Below are positions 10,801 through 24,800 of a DNA stretch of 64,000 nt, in pieces (the stretch's first letter is position 1; each line of letters starts with the position of its first letter). Source of the stretch: Lepidodermella squamata. Its lineage: Eukaryota; Animalia; Gastrotricha. A program made the position numbers and the translations under genes. The stretch is from NCBI GenBank assembly GCA_047495785.1, contig JBLDXI010000056.1, forward strand, positions 434,001 through 498,000, written 5' to 3'. The notes beneath the pieces are model-generated. The model saw only the letters and a list, made by a program, of their open reading frames with translations. It made no database searches and was not told the DNA's origin.

Positions 10801-13277
10801 AAATCGGCTTTTCGCGGATGAATTGCCAAGTTTCGAGCTTGACTGATCTGGGTCATGTTCCTGGTATGGCGGTGGTTTCCCAGGGTCGTCTAATTTCGCT
10901 GGAGATTTCCTGCAGGAAAATTCATTTTAGAAATTCAACAAATTAAGGAAATATTTTCAAATCCGGATGGAGATTTAGCCAATTTAGAGCTGAGATGGAA
11001 AAGAAAAATGATAAATTAATAGACGGTCGAAGATCAATTGGAAGATCAGAAAATCTCTTTAAAATAAAGTAAAAATAGCGCGTCATGAGATTTTTCCATC
11101 TTTTCTGAGGAACTTGTTTTAGGAACCTCAAAACCGGCTTGATTTCAGGATAGGAAATCGGAGATTGTTCTCCTTTAGTTATGTGGTTTCTACAGCCCAT
11201 TTACTCATTTTTTGAGAAAGGAAACCATTTTTTGCAGAGAAGGTAAGCTTTCTAAGATAACCTTTAGCCTGAATCTTGCCTTTCAACGTAAAGAGCTGTA
11301 ACACTTGAAAAATAAGCATCAAAATTCTGAATTTAAAAACGCCAACGAGGATAGAATTATGCTCACATCAACATAGAGCTGCTGTCTAATCTTGATGGCT
11401 CTGGAACTTTCGCAACCTGGTCGACAGTTGGAGGCAACTTCGGCGGCTTTGGCTCCAAAATTATGACAGTTTTCGGCGATTTTACAGCCCGCGGCTTAGC
11501 TTCAGCTTCCTCTTTGCTCTCCACATTTTCGAGCTTATTTTCCGGCTGTTTTTCTCGATTTGTCAACGGCCGTTCTGTGTTTTGTTTAGCCGCTCGTTCA
11601 ATGTCGGTATTAGCATTAGTTATTGCACCTTGAGTTGTAGCATTTAGAAGCACAGATGAAGCTTTGTCGTCAATAGGCGATGACGGCGGAACGTCTTCGT
11701 TCTCATTCTCACCCGGTAGCAACTCGTCAGCGCTCGAGTCCATATTGTTTGCATTACTTATGGACGAAATACCTAAACTAGGTATCATGACATGAACGGG
11801 TTTTTGCTTGTTCGGAGTGGAACCGAGTTTCAGGCGCAATCGATCACGTTCTCGCATCTCCTTATCGCTCCGTTTTTGAGCAAGCGCCTCTTTCACCATC
11901 CGAATTTTATCGCCATAGGTCGATTGAACAAATCCGGTATATGCAAGATGACGCGATGCTGGCGCCGATTCGCTCCTCTTCGCCACGTTAGAATCCATCA
12001 TATGAACTGAAGGGGATGGGGGAGGGGCATGGTCGTTGCTTTTCGAAGAGTGCACCGCTGAAAACCGGAAATTAATTTGTGACATGGCGGTCATTATTGC
12101 AAGGTTACCGTTCAGGAAAAACATGGTCTTATTTTCAGGCTCGAGTGGCGAAGGTCCGATACAAGCTTCAACAACGTTCATTGAGACTGAAGTGTCGCTG
12201 CGACGGCTCTGTAGTCTCAGTGGGCCGTGGTGCTTGGCGCATTTGCTACACGGGGTAACCGTCAATCGAGGAGTCGGGCGAACTGAAGCTGTTCTGATTC
12301 GCTTCGGAAGACGAACTGTTATCTTGTCGCTCTTGTCACCACTAAACGATGAAAAGTCAAATGTTTTCAACTACCTTTACAGAAGTAAAACTTACTCCTG
12401 AGACTTGGCTTCGTCTCCCGATTTTTCGCCCTCACTTTTCGTAGCAGGTTTGTACGGATTTTTGAGGGATTCTTAGAAAGCTTTCTGTAGCTTGGAAGTG
12501 ATGTCATGAATCGCAAGTTTATCCTCTGGTTCAAGCCAGTGTAGAGGAGTGCTACGTCTGCAATGCAAATTTTTAAAACATCATCTCAGCGAAATAGCAG
12601 TTATAATTGCACACTCGTTGCATGCTACACAATGTGCTTTTAATCATGCTAGTATACATGTAGATAGCACAATCATTCTAAAGTGATTAACACGATTAAT
12701 ATTAAGCTACTTGGTTTTACCAGAAAAATGATTGAATCAGCTGAGAGATTAAAAATTGTTACCTTTATGTGAAATTTTATCTTGATAGAAAAACAAACCT
12801 TGTGTTGAGTTTTAGCTCAGAAATGTAATCGATCATTTCTCCTTTTCTGGGAAATGCTAATGTCATTTCATCAACAGTTTCGCCATCAGAATCTGAAGCA
12901 TAGCCAGGGTTCGAAAGTGAACTATGCGGGCGAATACTGTCGCAATAGCAGAAATGAAGACATGGTGCTTCTGGTTTCTCGCACGTTCGAGTCATTACAG
13001 AATGCTGATTAGATGTAAATTAAGAACTGGACTGTCGTTATAAAACAAATTTACCGGAAAATGTTTGCCATACTCCAAAATCAAGCGTTGTAAATGACCA
13101 CAATCTTCGACAGTTTCTGTCGCATTGCTCCAGACCGGCACCCTTGCGCCTGCACCCAGTGGAGCTCTATATATTATTGGATGCAAGGTAGATTATTTAT
13201 TTATAAAAAATAAGTATAACTTACGACATGGACCGCTTGCCATACCCGCTCGGAAGGATCTGAACCTTTTTTAACAT
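7811..13277 (-). CDS. Large low-complexity/coiled-coil protein, KIAA2012(DUF4670)-like; exons 13277-13225, 13166-13055, 13004-12799, 12557-12396 (contains in-frame TAA), 12341-11367, 10909-9736, 9446-9114, 8941-8744, 8230-7811
   Basis: Nine exons join with consistent phases. E/R/K-rich C-terminal coiled coil. Terminal motif 'LSPAFVYSYF' resembles the recalled KIAA2012 C-terminus (SRPWVYSYF), and N-terminal 'VQILPSGYGK' resembles its start. Minus-strand AATAAA at 7610-7615. The gene structure is firmer than the family call. Confidence 0.55.
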
Positions 13278-13619
13278 TCCGAGCGGATCTATTACAACAC
13301 CTACAAGCATTAAGGAAGCGATACTTAGATGAGTTAGAATCAATGAAGAAAAACGAAAGGTGAATGGCGAAGTAATTAATAATGCGCGATTCATAAAATA
13401 CACGAGATCAAAGGCCAATGAATTGACGTACTATTTTTACTTGGATTAAGGAAAACCGCAAGCACAATTGATGTACGATACGGTGAAAGATACTCTGCAT
13501 GTAAAGGATCCGATCGCATGTTTACTTCGTCGCTTAGCAATATTATTTCTAAAATTGTGTTATGTTAAGAATAATTTGTTTTTAGTCATATTTAATTTTT
13601 TACATAGCAAAGTTCATAA

Positions 13620-14890
13620 AGTATTATTTATTATTTTGGCGCGCAGGACTTTTGAAAATCAGGGCGGCTAATCTCTTGTGTTTTTGGCGAGTGCAGATTC
13701 CTGAGTGTACAGGTGGTGAGTAAGGCGACTCACTTTATGCGCATTACTACTTTGTATTATTATGCTTTTACCAGCATCATCATTCACTAAGAAAAGCTTA
13801 TCTTATGTACTCAAGTTACTACGACTCGCTACTCATTTCTGCTCGCGGCCAAGTTATTTTTTACTTGCTTGGTCTATGTATCATGTTCTCGTCGATTCTG
13901 ACAGTACTTTGAGAGGTCCTGGATTCAGAATTCAAGCCGGTTTAGTTCTATTTCCTATCAAATTTCTGCTTTCTGATCATTTTGGTAGGTTTCCATCACT
14001 GCTTACATCCTTTCCCCTTTGAGAGAAGAGAGAAGTAGAATCAATCGATCAATCAATGAATCAATCAATCAGTTATTTTGTTATTCCTTATTCAAATTGA
14101 AAATCTTGCTCTTATAGTATAATAGTTTTAAAATTCGAACAAGAGTACGCTTGGCACCCAAGACCAAGATACTCACAATTGCTATAATGATAATATGAAG
14201 GGCATCAACTACATATAATGCTAATTATAACAATATAAGTATTACGGAGGTTTTTACGATGAAGCGAAATGTATCATCGTCAACTGATAGATTTTATGCT
14301 GATGACATAGGTATAGCATATAATGTATCACATTTGGTTCCTACATTTGAGTAAATGAAGGTTAAGAGAACAATAAGGTACTACATTCTGTGAAAAATCG
14401 GCCCAATATGGCCCAACATGTATGGACAATTATTTCGCCTCAAAAAATCTTCCCTGCTTCTCTGCAACCTGTGCGATTTGCGTGCTAGAGATTATATAGT
14501 TCGTTTTTATTTTAATAATCCAAAAGTATGTAATTTCGCATACTATTAGGTATTATTTGCATTGGTTAATAGCTATACTCCCGCTCCTGCTTACAGCCGA
14601 ACGTCAATTACTTAATAGATTTTCAGAAAGGCAGAATTGTCAAAGCAGATCTGGTTCTTCAATTCAGAAGCCTTCATGCATGATTTACCGTCATCTCTGA
14701 GACCTGCGACTTATTAATAGTGGATTTGACTATTCTGGCACTAACTAATTTAGAAAAAACAAGCATGTTCCTAATTCCTAAAGAATTAAGTTCCTGTTTC
14801 TTTCTTCATCTTATTCAAATAAGTACCGTACAGCCGTATCGTTCGGCTAAATACATTTTCAGTTCATTGACTTTAGTACTAGTTTGTTTC
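13620..14890. repeat. Dispersed repeat copy A (about 13620-13840 plus about 14795-14890), split by a roughly 950-bp insert
   Basis: Both parts align collinearly with the contiguous copy at 16240-16545 (e.g. gaaaatcagggcggctaatctc, gagtgtacaggtggtgagtaaggcgactcactttatgcgcattactactttgt, attcaaataagta, tacattttcagttc). Confidence 0.75.
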
Positions 14891-16239
14891 AATGATTTGA
14901 TCTGTGTCAAGTTGTGAGCTGTCAGCTTCAAGTGTCACGTTGATTGATCTGCTGCTGCTGCTGTTGTTTCTTAAGGTGTATAGACGGCGTAGCAATAACA
15001 GTATACCTGCGATAAAGATTGATAACAAATTGTTTGTGCGAGTCCCTTGTGTTAGTTGGCCGTAATGATACCACAATGCGCGGGGCAAACACTTGACCGC
15101 ATTATGTTTATTCAACTGTCACGTCAATTTAGCTTTTGCTGGTATTTTTAGCCTGGACGTACATGCTATCAAATTACCTCGCAGCATTAAAATTTGTGGA
15201 TATTGTGGTTGTATACATGGATGTTTGCTGGCGACAACGTTGAATGGCCGTGTAAATTACACATTAGTTTTTTCCTTGAAGAAGAAGCTTGATATATATA
15301 TTTCACTATAAGCACGCGTCGTCAATTTCAAAGCAGCAAAGCGAGGCTAATATTTTGAGTCTAGCAAATGGCTGTGATAATCATAAATTTATGCAAATTT
15401 CACCTCAGTTGAAGAGATTAGCCGCTGTTCTACTGAATAGACGTAAACTCTTACCGACTACTATTCAGGCATATAGTTTCTACACATTCATGGAGTCTAA
15501 AGAACAATAAACCAAAAGTAATAATATTGTGACCTCTCACTCGCTCGCTCACTCACTCACTCAGCGTCGAGCAAGAAAGAATGTGCCCACGGTGCTTGTG
15601 CGCTCCTTGTTTTCAGGGCTCTAAAATCCATGTTATAGCGAGGTTGGTTACTGGTTCGATTAGACTTAATGGCGAGCGGCTGTTAGTGTCTCTTGAGGTT
15701 TTCGCAGCCGTAATGTATCACTTTACATGGTACCGCCATCTGTTGTTCTTCCTCTTCCATCTCTTGCTGTTGCTGTTGCTGTAGAGCTGGGTGAGCGTTT
15801 TATCGCAGCGGAATTTCGCCGCCTGCATTCCACTGCGTCGCATGGACTGCGTAATGTAAATGGGCTTCCGAGCGACAATTTCCGCGTCATTATTGCGTAA
15901 CAGTAACAACAATGTGTTGACATTGATTGTTTACTTTCGAAAGACTTTCGACGCCGCCCCTTTGTTACTCGGTGCGCGTATATAATCAATTATTAGTGAA
16001 ACATTATGATTTCGCGTAAATGGCATATTACTATGGATTCACAGTTATTCTCGACCGAGAAGACAGAAATCTGTCTTCGGCAGTGAAAGGGTTAAGAGGC
16101 CGAATTGTAATTCAGAAATTTTTTAACCAACTATTGCTCTCAATTTTTGTTCAAGAATAATGGCCTAAATGCACGCGTTTGTTTGTTTGTCTGGAGATGC
16201 GTCAAGTTTGAAATTGGTCAAAAATGAAGTTCATAATGT

Positions 16240-16545
16240 ATTATTTATTGTTTTGGCGCGCATACGACTTGCGAAAATCAGGGCGGCTAATCTCACTTGT
16301 GTTTTTGGCGAGTGTACAGGTGGTGAGTAAGGCGACTCACTTTATGCGCATTACTACTTTGTTATCTAGGCTTTTACCAGCATCATCATTCACTTTAAAA
16401 AACTGATCCTATATAATTTCGTCATAGTTACTACTTACTACCCATTTCTTCATCTTCATTCAAATAAGTATTGCACAGCCTTCATGTTATGCTAACTACA
16501 TTTTCAGTTCGTTGACACTTTACTGAAGTTCATCAGTTTGTTCAC
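16240..16545. repeat. Dispersed repeat copy B (uninterrupted)
   Basis: Direct, diverged copy of 13620-13840 joined to 14795-14890. Confidence 0.75.
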
Positions 16546-16673
16546 CGCATCAAATTTCCACTAACAATGCGCGCACTAATAAAAAATAAAAAGTCCGCCT
16601 TAATAATTTTCAAAATGAAATTTGTCGCAAGCTGATTGGCTCGCGTCAGCGACTCAAAACTGCAGAAATTTTC

Positions 16674-16680
16674 TATAAAA
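16674..16680 (+). promoter_or_regulatory. Candidate TATA box of the NCAM/FasII gene
   Basis: TATAAAA preceded by ATTGG (inverted CCAAT, 16635-16639) and followed by a purine-rich, CpG-rich leader, 2.2 kb upstream of the ATG. Confidence 0.35.
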
Positions 16681-18878
16681 GGGAAGAAAGGAAGAGCGCC
16701 GCGTCAGAGCCGCGGCGCAATTGGAAGAGTGGAAGAAGAGTGGAAGAGAGAGAGTGGGAGAAATAGAAGGAAGAAGAGGGAAGAGGGAAGAGGAAGAATT
16801 TCCGCGCCGGCATGTTGTGTTCTTGTTGCATCACGTATCATAACAGGCGGACACAAGGCGGACACGCCCTCTCGAACGCGCCTAAATGCACGCGTTTGTT
16901 TGTTTGTCTGGAGATGCGCCTGTCCTTGACGCGCGTCGTCTTGTCGTCTTACCGAGGTCGTGTGGAGGTCGACTGAAAAACCCGAATAATTCGGAGCTAC
17001 CTGATGTAAACAATCAGAGCTAACTCGTTTAATGCGCCCTATTTTTTCTCATGCCTCATTGCATTTAGCAGCAGTTTTTCGGTTTTTAGCGCGTTTTTAG
17101 CACGCGCCTTCAATTTTATTACTATTCGACAAACAGCACATTTTCGGCGCGTGCCGTGAATTGCATCAACTTTTCTCAATCTTTTTATTGCAGATTTAGG
17201 TTGACCTATATTACGGTCCGCGCGAGTTCCGCGAAATTTCAACACGCGCCCTGTTTCTAAAAACACGCGTCACGCAAACGTGAAAGAACTATTTAAAGAA
17301 CGGTACGAAGGTCACCGTTAGGTCGGTAAACGGATAATTACCGTGCGTCTCGTCGTCGTCGCTCCCATTTTTCGGTCGCGTTGTTTCGCGCGCGCCAGTC
17401 TTGACACTTAGTATTTAAAGTTGAACGTGATATTTATTGAAGGCGTGTGCGCCTCGCCTGACCTTTTGTTTTGTCGTCGTCGTCGTCGTCGTTATTGTTG
17501 TTGTTGTAGTCGCCGCCGTCGTCGTCGTCGCTTGCACGAGCAAGATGGCCGCTTTGCTACCTCAACTCTGCTACTACTGCTACTCGGCGACTGCTGCGAA
17601 ATTAAACGCGATCGCGCGTGTTATTAGCCAGTAATGAGAGTCGACACTCTCACCGGCGCCACTCTTATTACACTTTCTTCACTTTTATTTTGAATCGAAC
17701 TGGGTAGATGCTCACCTGGCCGCGAGTGCGAGAGTTTACACCGGACCTTGTGACCTTCCGCTATTTCAGTCTTAATTACTTACGCCGTGCTTAATTACTA
17801 GCAGACGATGACCTTATTTTTTTCCCGTTTATTTAGATAGCTACTAGGTATTATTATTATTATTTGATACTGCACGTGTTTATTTTCAGAAAAGTGAGAA
17901 AACCGCGATTTGTCACTTTTATTACCTACTGACATACGATGTGTTTGTGTGTGCGAAATACGCATTTTATTGCTGGCAATAAAATGGAAAAACAGCGCTG
18001 CGCCATTAAAATGCGATTAAGGCGCCCGATTTTTCTCCCGTTCGCTCTCTTTCTCACCTTTCGCAATAGTTAATTAATCGTTGCACCACTTCTGCCGGGT
18101 GATGAGAGACATCGGCCTTGAGACTAAAACGGCAACTGTTCAGCCATCAGCCACGCTTGAATGCGCCCTTCGAGCATATGGCGCGTGGCGCGATGAAAGG
18201 CGCTGAACAGCCCGCGGGTGTTGCGCAAGGCATCGCGGCGATCGATTTCACGAGTGGATTACATGCGCTGGTAGTATTAGTAGCAGCAGTAGTAGCTTTA
18301 TAGCCACCAGCAGCCGATCCAATTTCGCAGGCTGTTCTCGCCTCCTGTTCGCCGGACAGACAGCTAGGCGATGAGTTCAATTGCAGCTTATAGTAGCCGA
18401 CGGGCTCATTATTATTTCATTACTGTTTACCACCACCAACCACCCCGCCCATGCCAAAATTATTTACCGACCTAACTCGCTTTTTGCTTTTCTTTTTGTT
18501 GATCATTAATACTTTCTTCTAGCTTGCCGGTTGTTATTATTAAATATTAACGACTTCTCGTTCGTGTTTGTTGGCGTGTAATGTCCCACTGCGTCGTTTC
18601 GTTAATTACAAAAGCCACACCAGGTAGCAGCTACTCATACAACGGCTGGTTTTAAAATTCGCATTAAATTACGCAGCCGTTATGCTTTCTCGCTGATTGA
18701 AATTCTATTTTATTAGGTCATACCTGCTTTTCTAGTTTTATTTTCGAAGAAAAAACTTGTGCGTTGCTGCTTGACCTAGTGCGCGGATTACGTTGTTTTA
18801 TTACTATCAATTAAAACAGCAAGTGCGCTGTTTTGCGATTTTATTACTTGCTAATTGCTGTTATTTCTGTTTTATAGA

Positions 18879-21800
18879 ATGGGTCGTCCGCCATTACTTT
18901 TACACTTGTTGATGATTTTATTTAAAAACTCGTTGTTAACACTGCTGGTTTTATTAACTTATTCTTCTTCTTCATTGGACGGTGGTGTTGTCAGCGCTCA
19001 GCAGCCGCAGCAGCAGAATGAGGCTGCCGATTTGATAGTCAGCCCTAACATGACGGTGATTTACAAAGCGATAGGCGACGGCGTTGTTCTGGGCTGCACG
19101 GCCCGCATGACCCGAAACCCGCAATTATCGTGGTACTCGCCGGACGGGTCCGAAGTGTGGGAGGAGGTTCAGACTTACCGCATTTCGAAAGAACAACAGG
19201 ACAACACGTTGAAGCTCATCATCGCCAACATTCAGGTAATTATTCCTAAAGCTTGATCGAATTTTTGATGCATTATTCTTTATTGTTATAGGACAACGAC
19301 CAGGGTGACTGGACGTGCCAGGGCGTTGTTGAAGGCCGAACACTTAAGCGTACAGTGTCGCTGCGAATTTTCCAGAAAATCTCGTTCGAGAATTTCGTCG
19401 AATTTCAAAAGCCGATCGCCGGCACAACAGCGACAATTCGGTGCGTGGTGCGCGGCTCGCCGACGCCGATCGTCACGTGGATGAAGGGCGAGAAGACGCC
19501 GGGGCGGCAGTCGTCGATGATCAACAGCGGCGGGCGGTACACGATAACGCAGGACGGCCTGCTCATCGAGAATGTGTCGCGGGCGGACTCTGGGTTTTAC
19601 AAGTGCATCGCGCAGCAGTTGAATTCGGTCATCACCGAGTACGCGTCGCGTGTCATCGAAGTCGAGGTGCATGTGCCGGCGAAGATAGTCGCCTACAACC
19701 AGTCGGTGGTTATGATGGAAGAGTCGGAGGGCATCGCCACCGAGTACCGCGTCTACTGCAATGCAACCGGCTGGCCGGAGCCGTCCTTCTACTTTTACAA
19801 GGTGCGAAAAAACAACGATGCGCTATTACATCAATCGAGAGATTCATAAATATTTCAGCTAACTGCTAACAATTTCTCAAATTTCGGAAAATTTAAATTC
19901 AAATTTTGAGTTTAAAAGTTTACGAGCGATTATTTTTAGGGTCTCTCAGAGATTATTAAGAGCCGAATCGATTAGCAGAGGTTAAAATTACGAGGAATTT
20001 GTAGGTGACTGGTGAAAACTGATTTGACTTGTTTTCGCAAAAGAAAGTCCCATTGAATCCAGTTTAGTTTATTCAAAACATGTGAAAAATGACACGATTG
20101 TCTTATAAATTCCCTGAATTTGCTTTGCTAGCAAAACTTGGTAGAATAATTTGCCAACCGCGCTAGTTTTGCTTGAATTCGTTGTTTAGCTTGATTGCTT
20201 TCCAAGGTAACTGAGGGGATTTTTAGATATTTTGCACTGTAAGGTAACAGGCTTGCAAGCTGTTTATAATATCGAAAAAATCGTAAATTAAAATATGCTT
20301 TAACTGTCATAATTTTTATAGGTATCTTTCCGAGCTTGAGAGGGAGTATTTATAAATGTTGGGGCATGATAAAGCGTTTTTTAGCATATTCCGCGCGAGT
20401 TTTCAAATCTAAGTTTTCAAAATGAATTTTTAAGTGACATTTGTGATCAGACTGGGGAAAGAGTTTCAACTTGGAGACAAATTTTTGAAAATTCGCAAAA
20501 CAAGACTCCAATATTGAACCTTGAACCCCGATATTTCGCGTTTTTATATCGAAATTCTCAAACTCGTAAGCTCTTCTGTTTGAATCGAGGGATTTCACAT
20601 GTTTTTTTTTTTATCAAATTGTGTTGATATTTTGTTATTAATATGTTGTTGTTGTTGTTATGAATAGGGCACATCGCCGACACCTGAGCGGCGGCTTGGC
20701 AACAGCCCGGACAACCGGTTCTTCATCGAGACGTCGTCGCGTGAAGGCTACGGCGCGATGGTGTTCCGGCGCGTGCGCATCGAGGACGGCGGCGACTACA
20801 CGTGCGAGGCGTACAACGGCGACTACGACGCGGACCGCAAGCTCATCCACGCGCGCATCATCGTGCCGCCGCGCTTCGACCGCGTCTGGAACATGACCGT
20901 CCGCGAGTCCATGACCGCCCAAGTCATTTGCGACATCAACATTTGGTAAATTCCTAATTTTACCCTTCAGACATTTGTAAATTGGACGATTTCAATTTTT
21001 GTGAATACAAAATGATGCTCACTAGTTTCGAAAAATCTTTTTTTGGACGATTCCAAGGCAATATCTTGAATACCTCAATTTTTTCTAAATATCGGAAATT
21101 CCTGAATTTTTCTAATCAAATCCATTCGTTTCAAAATTCAAGTGTTTTTGTACCCATTTTTAGGACTACTCAGCCGATGACGTTGAGCTGGCGTAAAAAC
21201 AACGGCTCTGAGCTGGTGATACCCGAGGGGCAGACGGGCCGGTTCAAGTCGTGGTTCCAGAACTTCACCGAGCAGTACCAGTTCTCGCGGTTCTACCTCG
21301 AGATCGCGAACACGCAGCCAGACGACCTCGGCAACTGGACGTGCGATGCGCGCAACGAGGGCGGCAACCGCTCCCACAACACCTCCGTCTACGTCAACTT
21401 TGTACCCAGATTCCCGCCAGATATTCAGGTATTTTTTTTCATTTTTCAAAAATTTCAAATCTTTTATGAATTTTCGAAAATTTTAATTTTCTAATATTTG
21501 TTTCAGGTGTACAAGTTGTATGGCTATCCGCAGCTGTTCATCAACCTGACGTGCTACATCAAGGCGTACCCGGAGCCGTTCGGTTCCGTGTGGCTGCACA
21601 ACGGCCAAATGATCACCGGGCACAACGCGACGTATAAAACATTTTACGAACGCTATACGGGGCCTGATGTGTTTCAAATGACGACGAATTTCACGTTGAA
21701 GTTACTCGTGAATATTCCGGCGGGCGGGTATGCGGAGGACAACTGGGTCTACGGCAAGTACGACTGCCAGATATCGAACGAGGCCGGCGTGGCGACGCAT

Positions 21801-24800
21801 TCGATTTACCTGAACAAGGCCGAGCGACCGTCGCCGCCCACTGCCACGCTGCAACGTGTCACAGCGACAACAGCCGTCATCCGAGCGACAGCCCAACATT
21901 TCCAGGTAAAAAGCCTGAGAAAGAAAAGCGTGGGGGGTCTGTGCTCCAAATTTTTAATCTGCTTACCTTAGGAACTTCGATTTGTTAATTTACATTCCTT
22001 TCCTATCTAATATTTGTATTCTTCTGATTTTAGGAGGGCGTTCCGATCACGTATTTTGAAATCGTGTACCGAGGCGCAACTGGCACCGTCGACCGGCCGA
22101 TGATGTTCGGCGCCGACGAGCCGATCATTCTGCGCGGCTTGAAGGCCAACACGCAGTACCGTCTCGAAGTGCGAGCCGTGAATGCGGCTGGAACCGGCGA
22201 GCCAGGGTTCGTTGAATTCTCAACGGCTCGCGTTTCACCACCCGGAACGGTTGAAATCACATCAGACCCGAAAGCGACCTATTCGAATGCGTACCAGCTG
22301 ACGTGGCGGTTGATCTACGAAGACGACGGTGGGGCGCCAGTCACCATCTGGGAAATCTCATACATTCCGGTGAGTTGAATGTTTGAAAAGATAAGAAAAT
22401 CCTACGGACAATCATAAATTGAGATTCAATTTCATAATTTGAATTTTTAACTTATTGATTTATTCTGATCAGGTTTTCTACACATCCAACTATACGAATA
22501 GCTACGTACCAGTGCATGGCGCAACGGCGAAGACAGTGGAAGCGAAAGGCGGCAGTCTGCGCATGTTCCGCATCGAAGGCCTCGCCCCCAACACGTACTA
22601 CGAGGTGCGCATCAGGGCCATCAATGCCATCGGCCCAGGCGCTTCGACGCCCATTGTCATCAGCACACTTGATGGTACGTTTTCAAATCGCTTTTTTATG
22701 ACTCTTTTCGAAGAGAAGTAGTAGAAACAGCTTTTTAAATGTTGTCAACTAAAATCACACTAAAACGGGTCCAACAAATTCCAAAAAGCACTAAAAAGAA
22801 AACAGCGAGCTTGTAAATGCCCATCTCACACTTTTCCACCTGTTGCATGTTGTTCGTTCGTATTAATTGACTAATTAATCAATGTGATTTTTCTAATGAA
22901 TGTGATAATATCTTCGATGTCTTTCATCGTCAACTTTCATCTAACGTCTCGTGAATCGGGCCTTTCGCTTTCATCTAAACAAATTAATTGTTGCCTCTCA
23001 TACTTATATAATTATTTGTGCATGTTGTAAAATTTGACGCTTCTTTTTAAACCAAATTTAATGTTTATAACGCCTCGCTGTTTCAGCACTAATTAGTAGT
23101 TGTGTACCTATGTTTTCATCTTGAATGTTGTAATCAATTTTTAGTTTATTTTTTCTGTGATTTTTCTTAACTGAAAAATTTCCCACCCTAAAACAGGGCC
23201 TCGAACCGGTTTCAGCCTCGGCCAGCCAGCTTACGACCAAGCGAGTTCATCACGTAGCCATCTCCGATCAACAGTGCCAGCAGTAGTTGCTCTCGCGTTA
23301 TTTATCGCCGCCAAGCAGCTTTTAAGAGTATGATGATGATAAAAGAGATGAGACGAAAAAATCGACAAAACAATCTAAGCGCACGTTTTCTACGCACGGT
23401 TTTCGACTGCAATCGCCGACGCTTTCCTACATCCAAGACGTTTCTTTCTTGCCGACATGTGCCACATTTTATCAATCTACAAACTCTTTTCGTTGTTTTC
23501 TTGTTTAATATCCGAGTCAATAGACAATCTTTTGTGCTTTTCGCTCAGCTGCCTTGAAAAAGCGCCGCCGCCATCGGTTGTGTTCTAACAGTTTAACTAA
23601 CCTCAAGTCATCGTTTTTCTTCGGACTATCTGCAAAATCGCCCAAAGGTGCAATAATCGCAATTGCTAATCATCTTCTTCACCTGCATATTACATTTCCA
23701 GTAGCACCCCTGTTGTTCTTGTTGTTGATCTTGTCAAGCGCTTCTCTCAACTTTTCAGGCCTTTTTCTCAGCCATAATTTGTAAACTATTATCGTGTCTT
23801 ATTATGATTTGGAAAAATACTTATGCTTGAAAAAGTGTCAAAAATGATCATGATGTAAATGACGCTATACTCCTCTTATCGTTGTTGTTTTTTTTTCACT
23901 CGAGAGGCAAATTTTTGTATTCGATTTACGGCTCGCTGTTGGTACTCGCATCAAAACAAAGCATAGATTATTATGCTATCGATCAAGAAGATTAATTGAT
24001 TGATTGATTGGTTTGAAATTAAAAATGATTGCGAAATCAATCAATAAAGAAGATTTTTCCATTGAGCGAGTCTTTTTCTAGTAGAATTGTGGACAATGTT
24101 TTATATTTAAACAATTTTAAATGATTTTAGTATCAGGGTGATTCAAGGCTTTTCCAAGGCACCAGAAGGGTCCATTTGAAAATATGCATATAAAACTGTT
24201 GGAGCTCAAGAGTTCATAAGATTTCGAAAATAATTAGTCAAACATTATTTCGGTTTTTTCTTCAATTTTTCAAAAAAATTACGATATTCTCACAGGCAAA
24301 TCAGGCGCGTCCAGCTACGCCGTGGACACTGTTTCGGCAGCCGGCCTGCCCATCCACGTCATCATCGGCATCGTCGTCGCCTCGGTCATCGTGCTGTTCG
24401 TGTTCATCGACATGCTGCTGTGCATAACGCGCGACGCCGGGTGTTTCGCGGCCACGCAGCGCTACTGCTTCTCGCCCGACCCGGCGCCCGACATCATGCA
24501 CGGCGGCTATTCGGACATGACGAGTGAGAAAGTGGCGGCGCATCTGCACTACTCGAGCGGAGCCGGCGGCCAGGTGCTGATGACGCATCACGGCGGCGCA
24601 TCCAACTCGAACTCGTACTCGAACAATTCGTCCGTCGACAGTCCCGAATTCCCGCCTCGAGGTAAGAGTACGTTTCTACTCCACGTTTCTATTCACATTA
24701 GTCTGAAAAATAGGTGATAAATGATTGATAGGGATTAATAGGGATTAATAGGGAAAAGTATATGTATTATGTAAGCATATTGTCAGAAAAGTTAACTGTT

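Noticed and set aside
12473-12475. TAA reassignment (alternative genetic code) as the explanation for the internal stop
   Set aside because: ALG3 ends at TAA exactly after its KKxx motif, and no other internal TAA occurs in the long conserved ORFs.
16075-16095. piggyBac-like end (cagtgaaaggg|TTAA)
   Set aside because: No matching opposite end was found in the window.
17421-17634. Poly-Arg/poly-Val ORFs, and similar ORFs at 50637-51269
   Set aside because: These are trinucleotide microsatellites in UTR or intron sequence.
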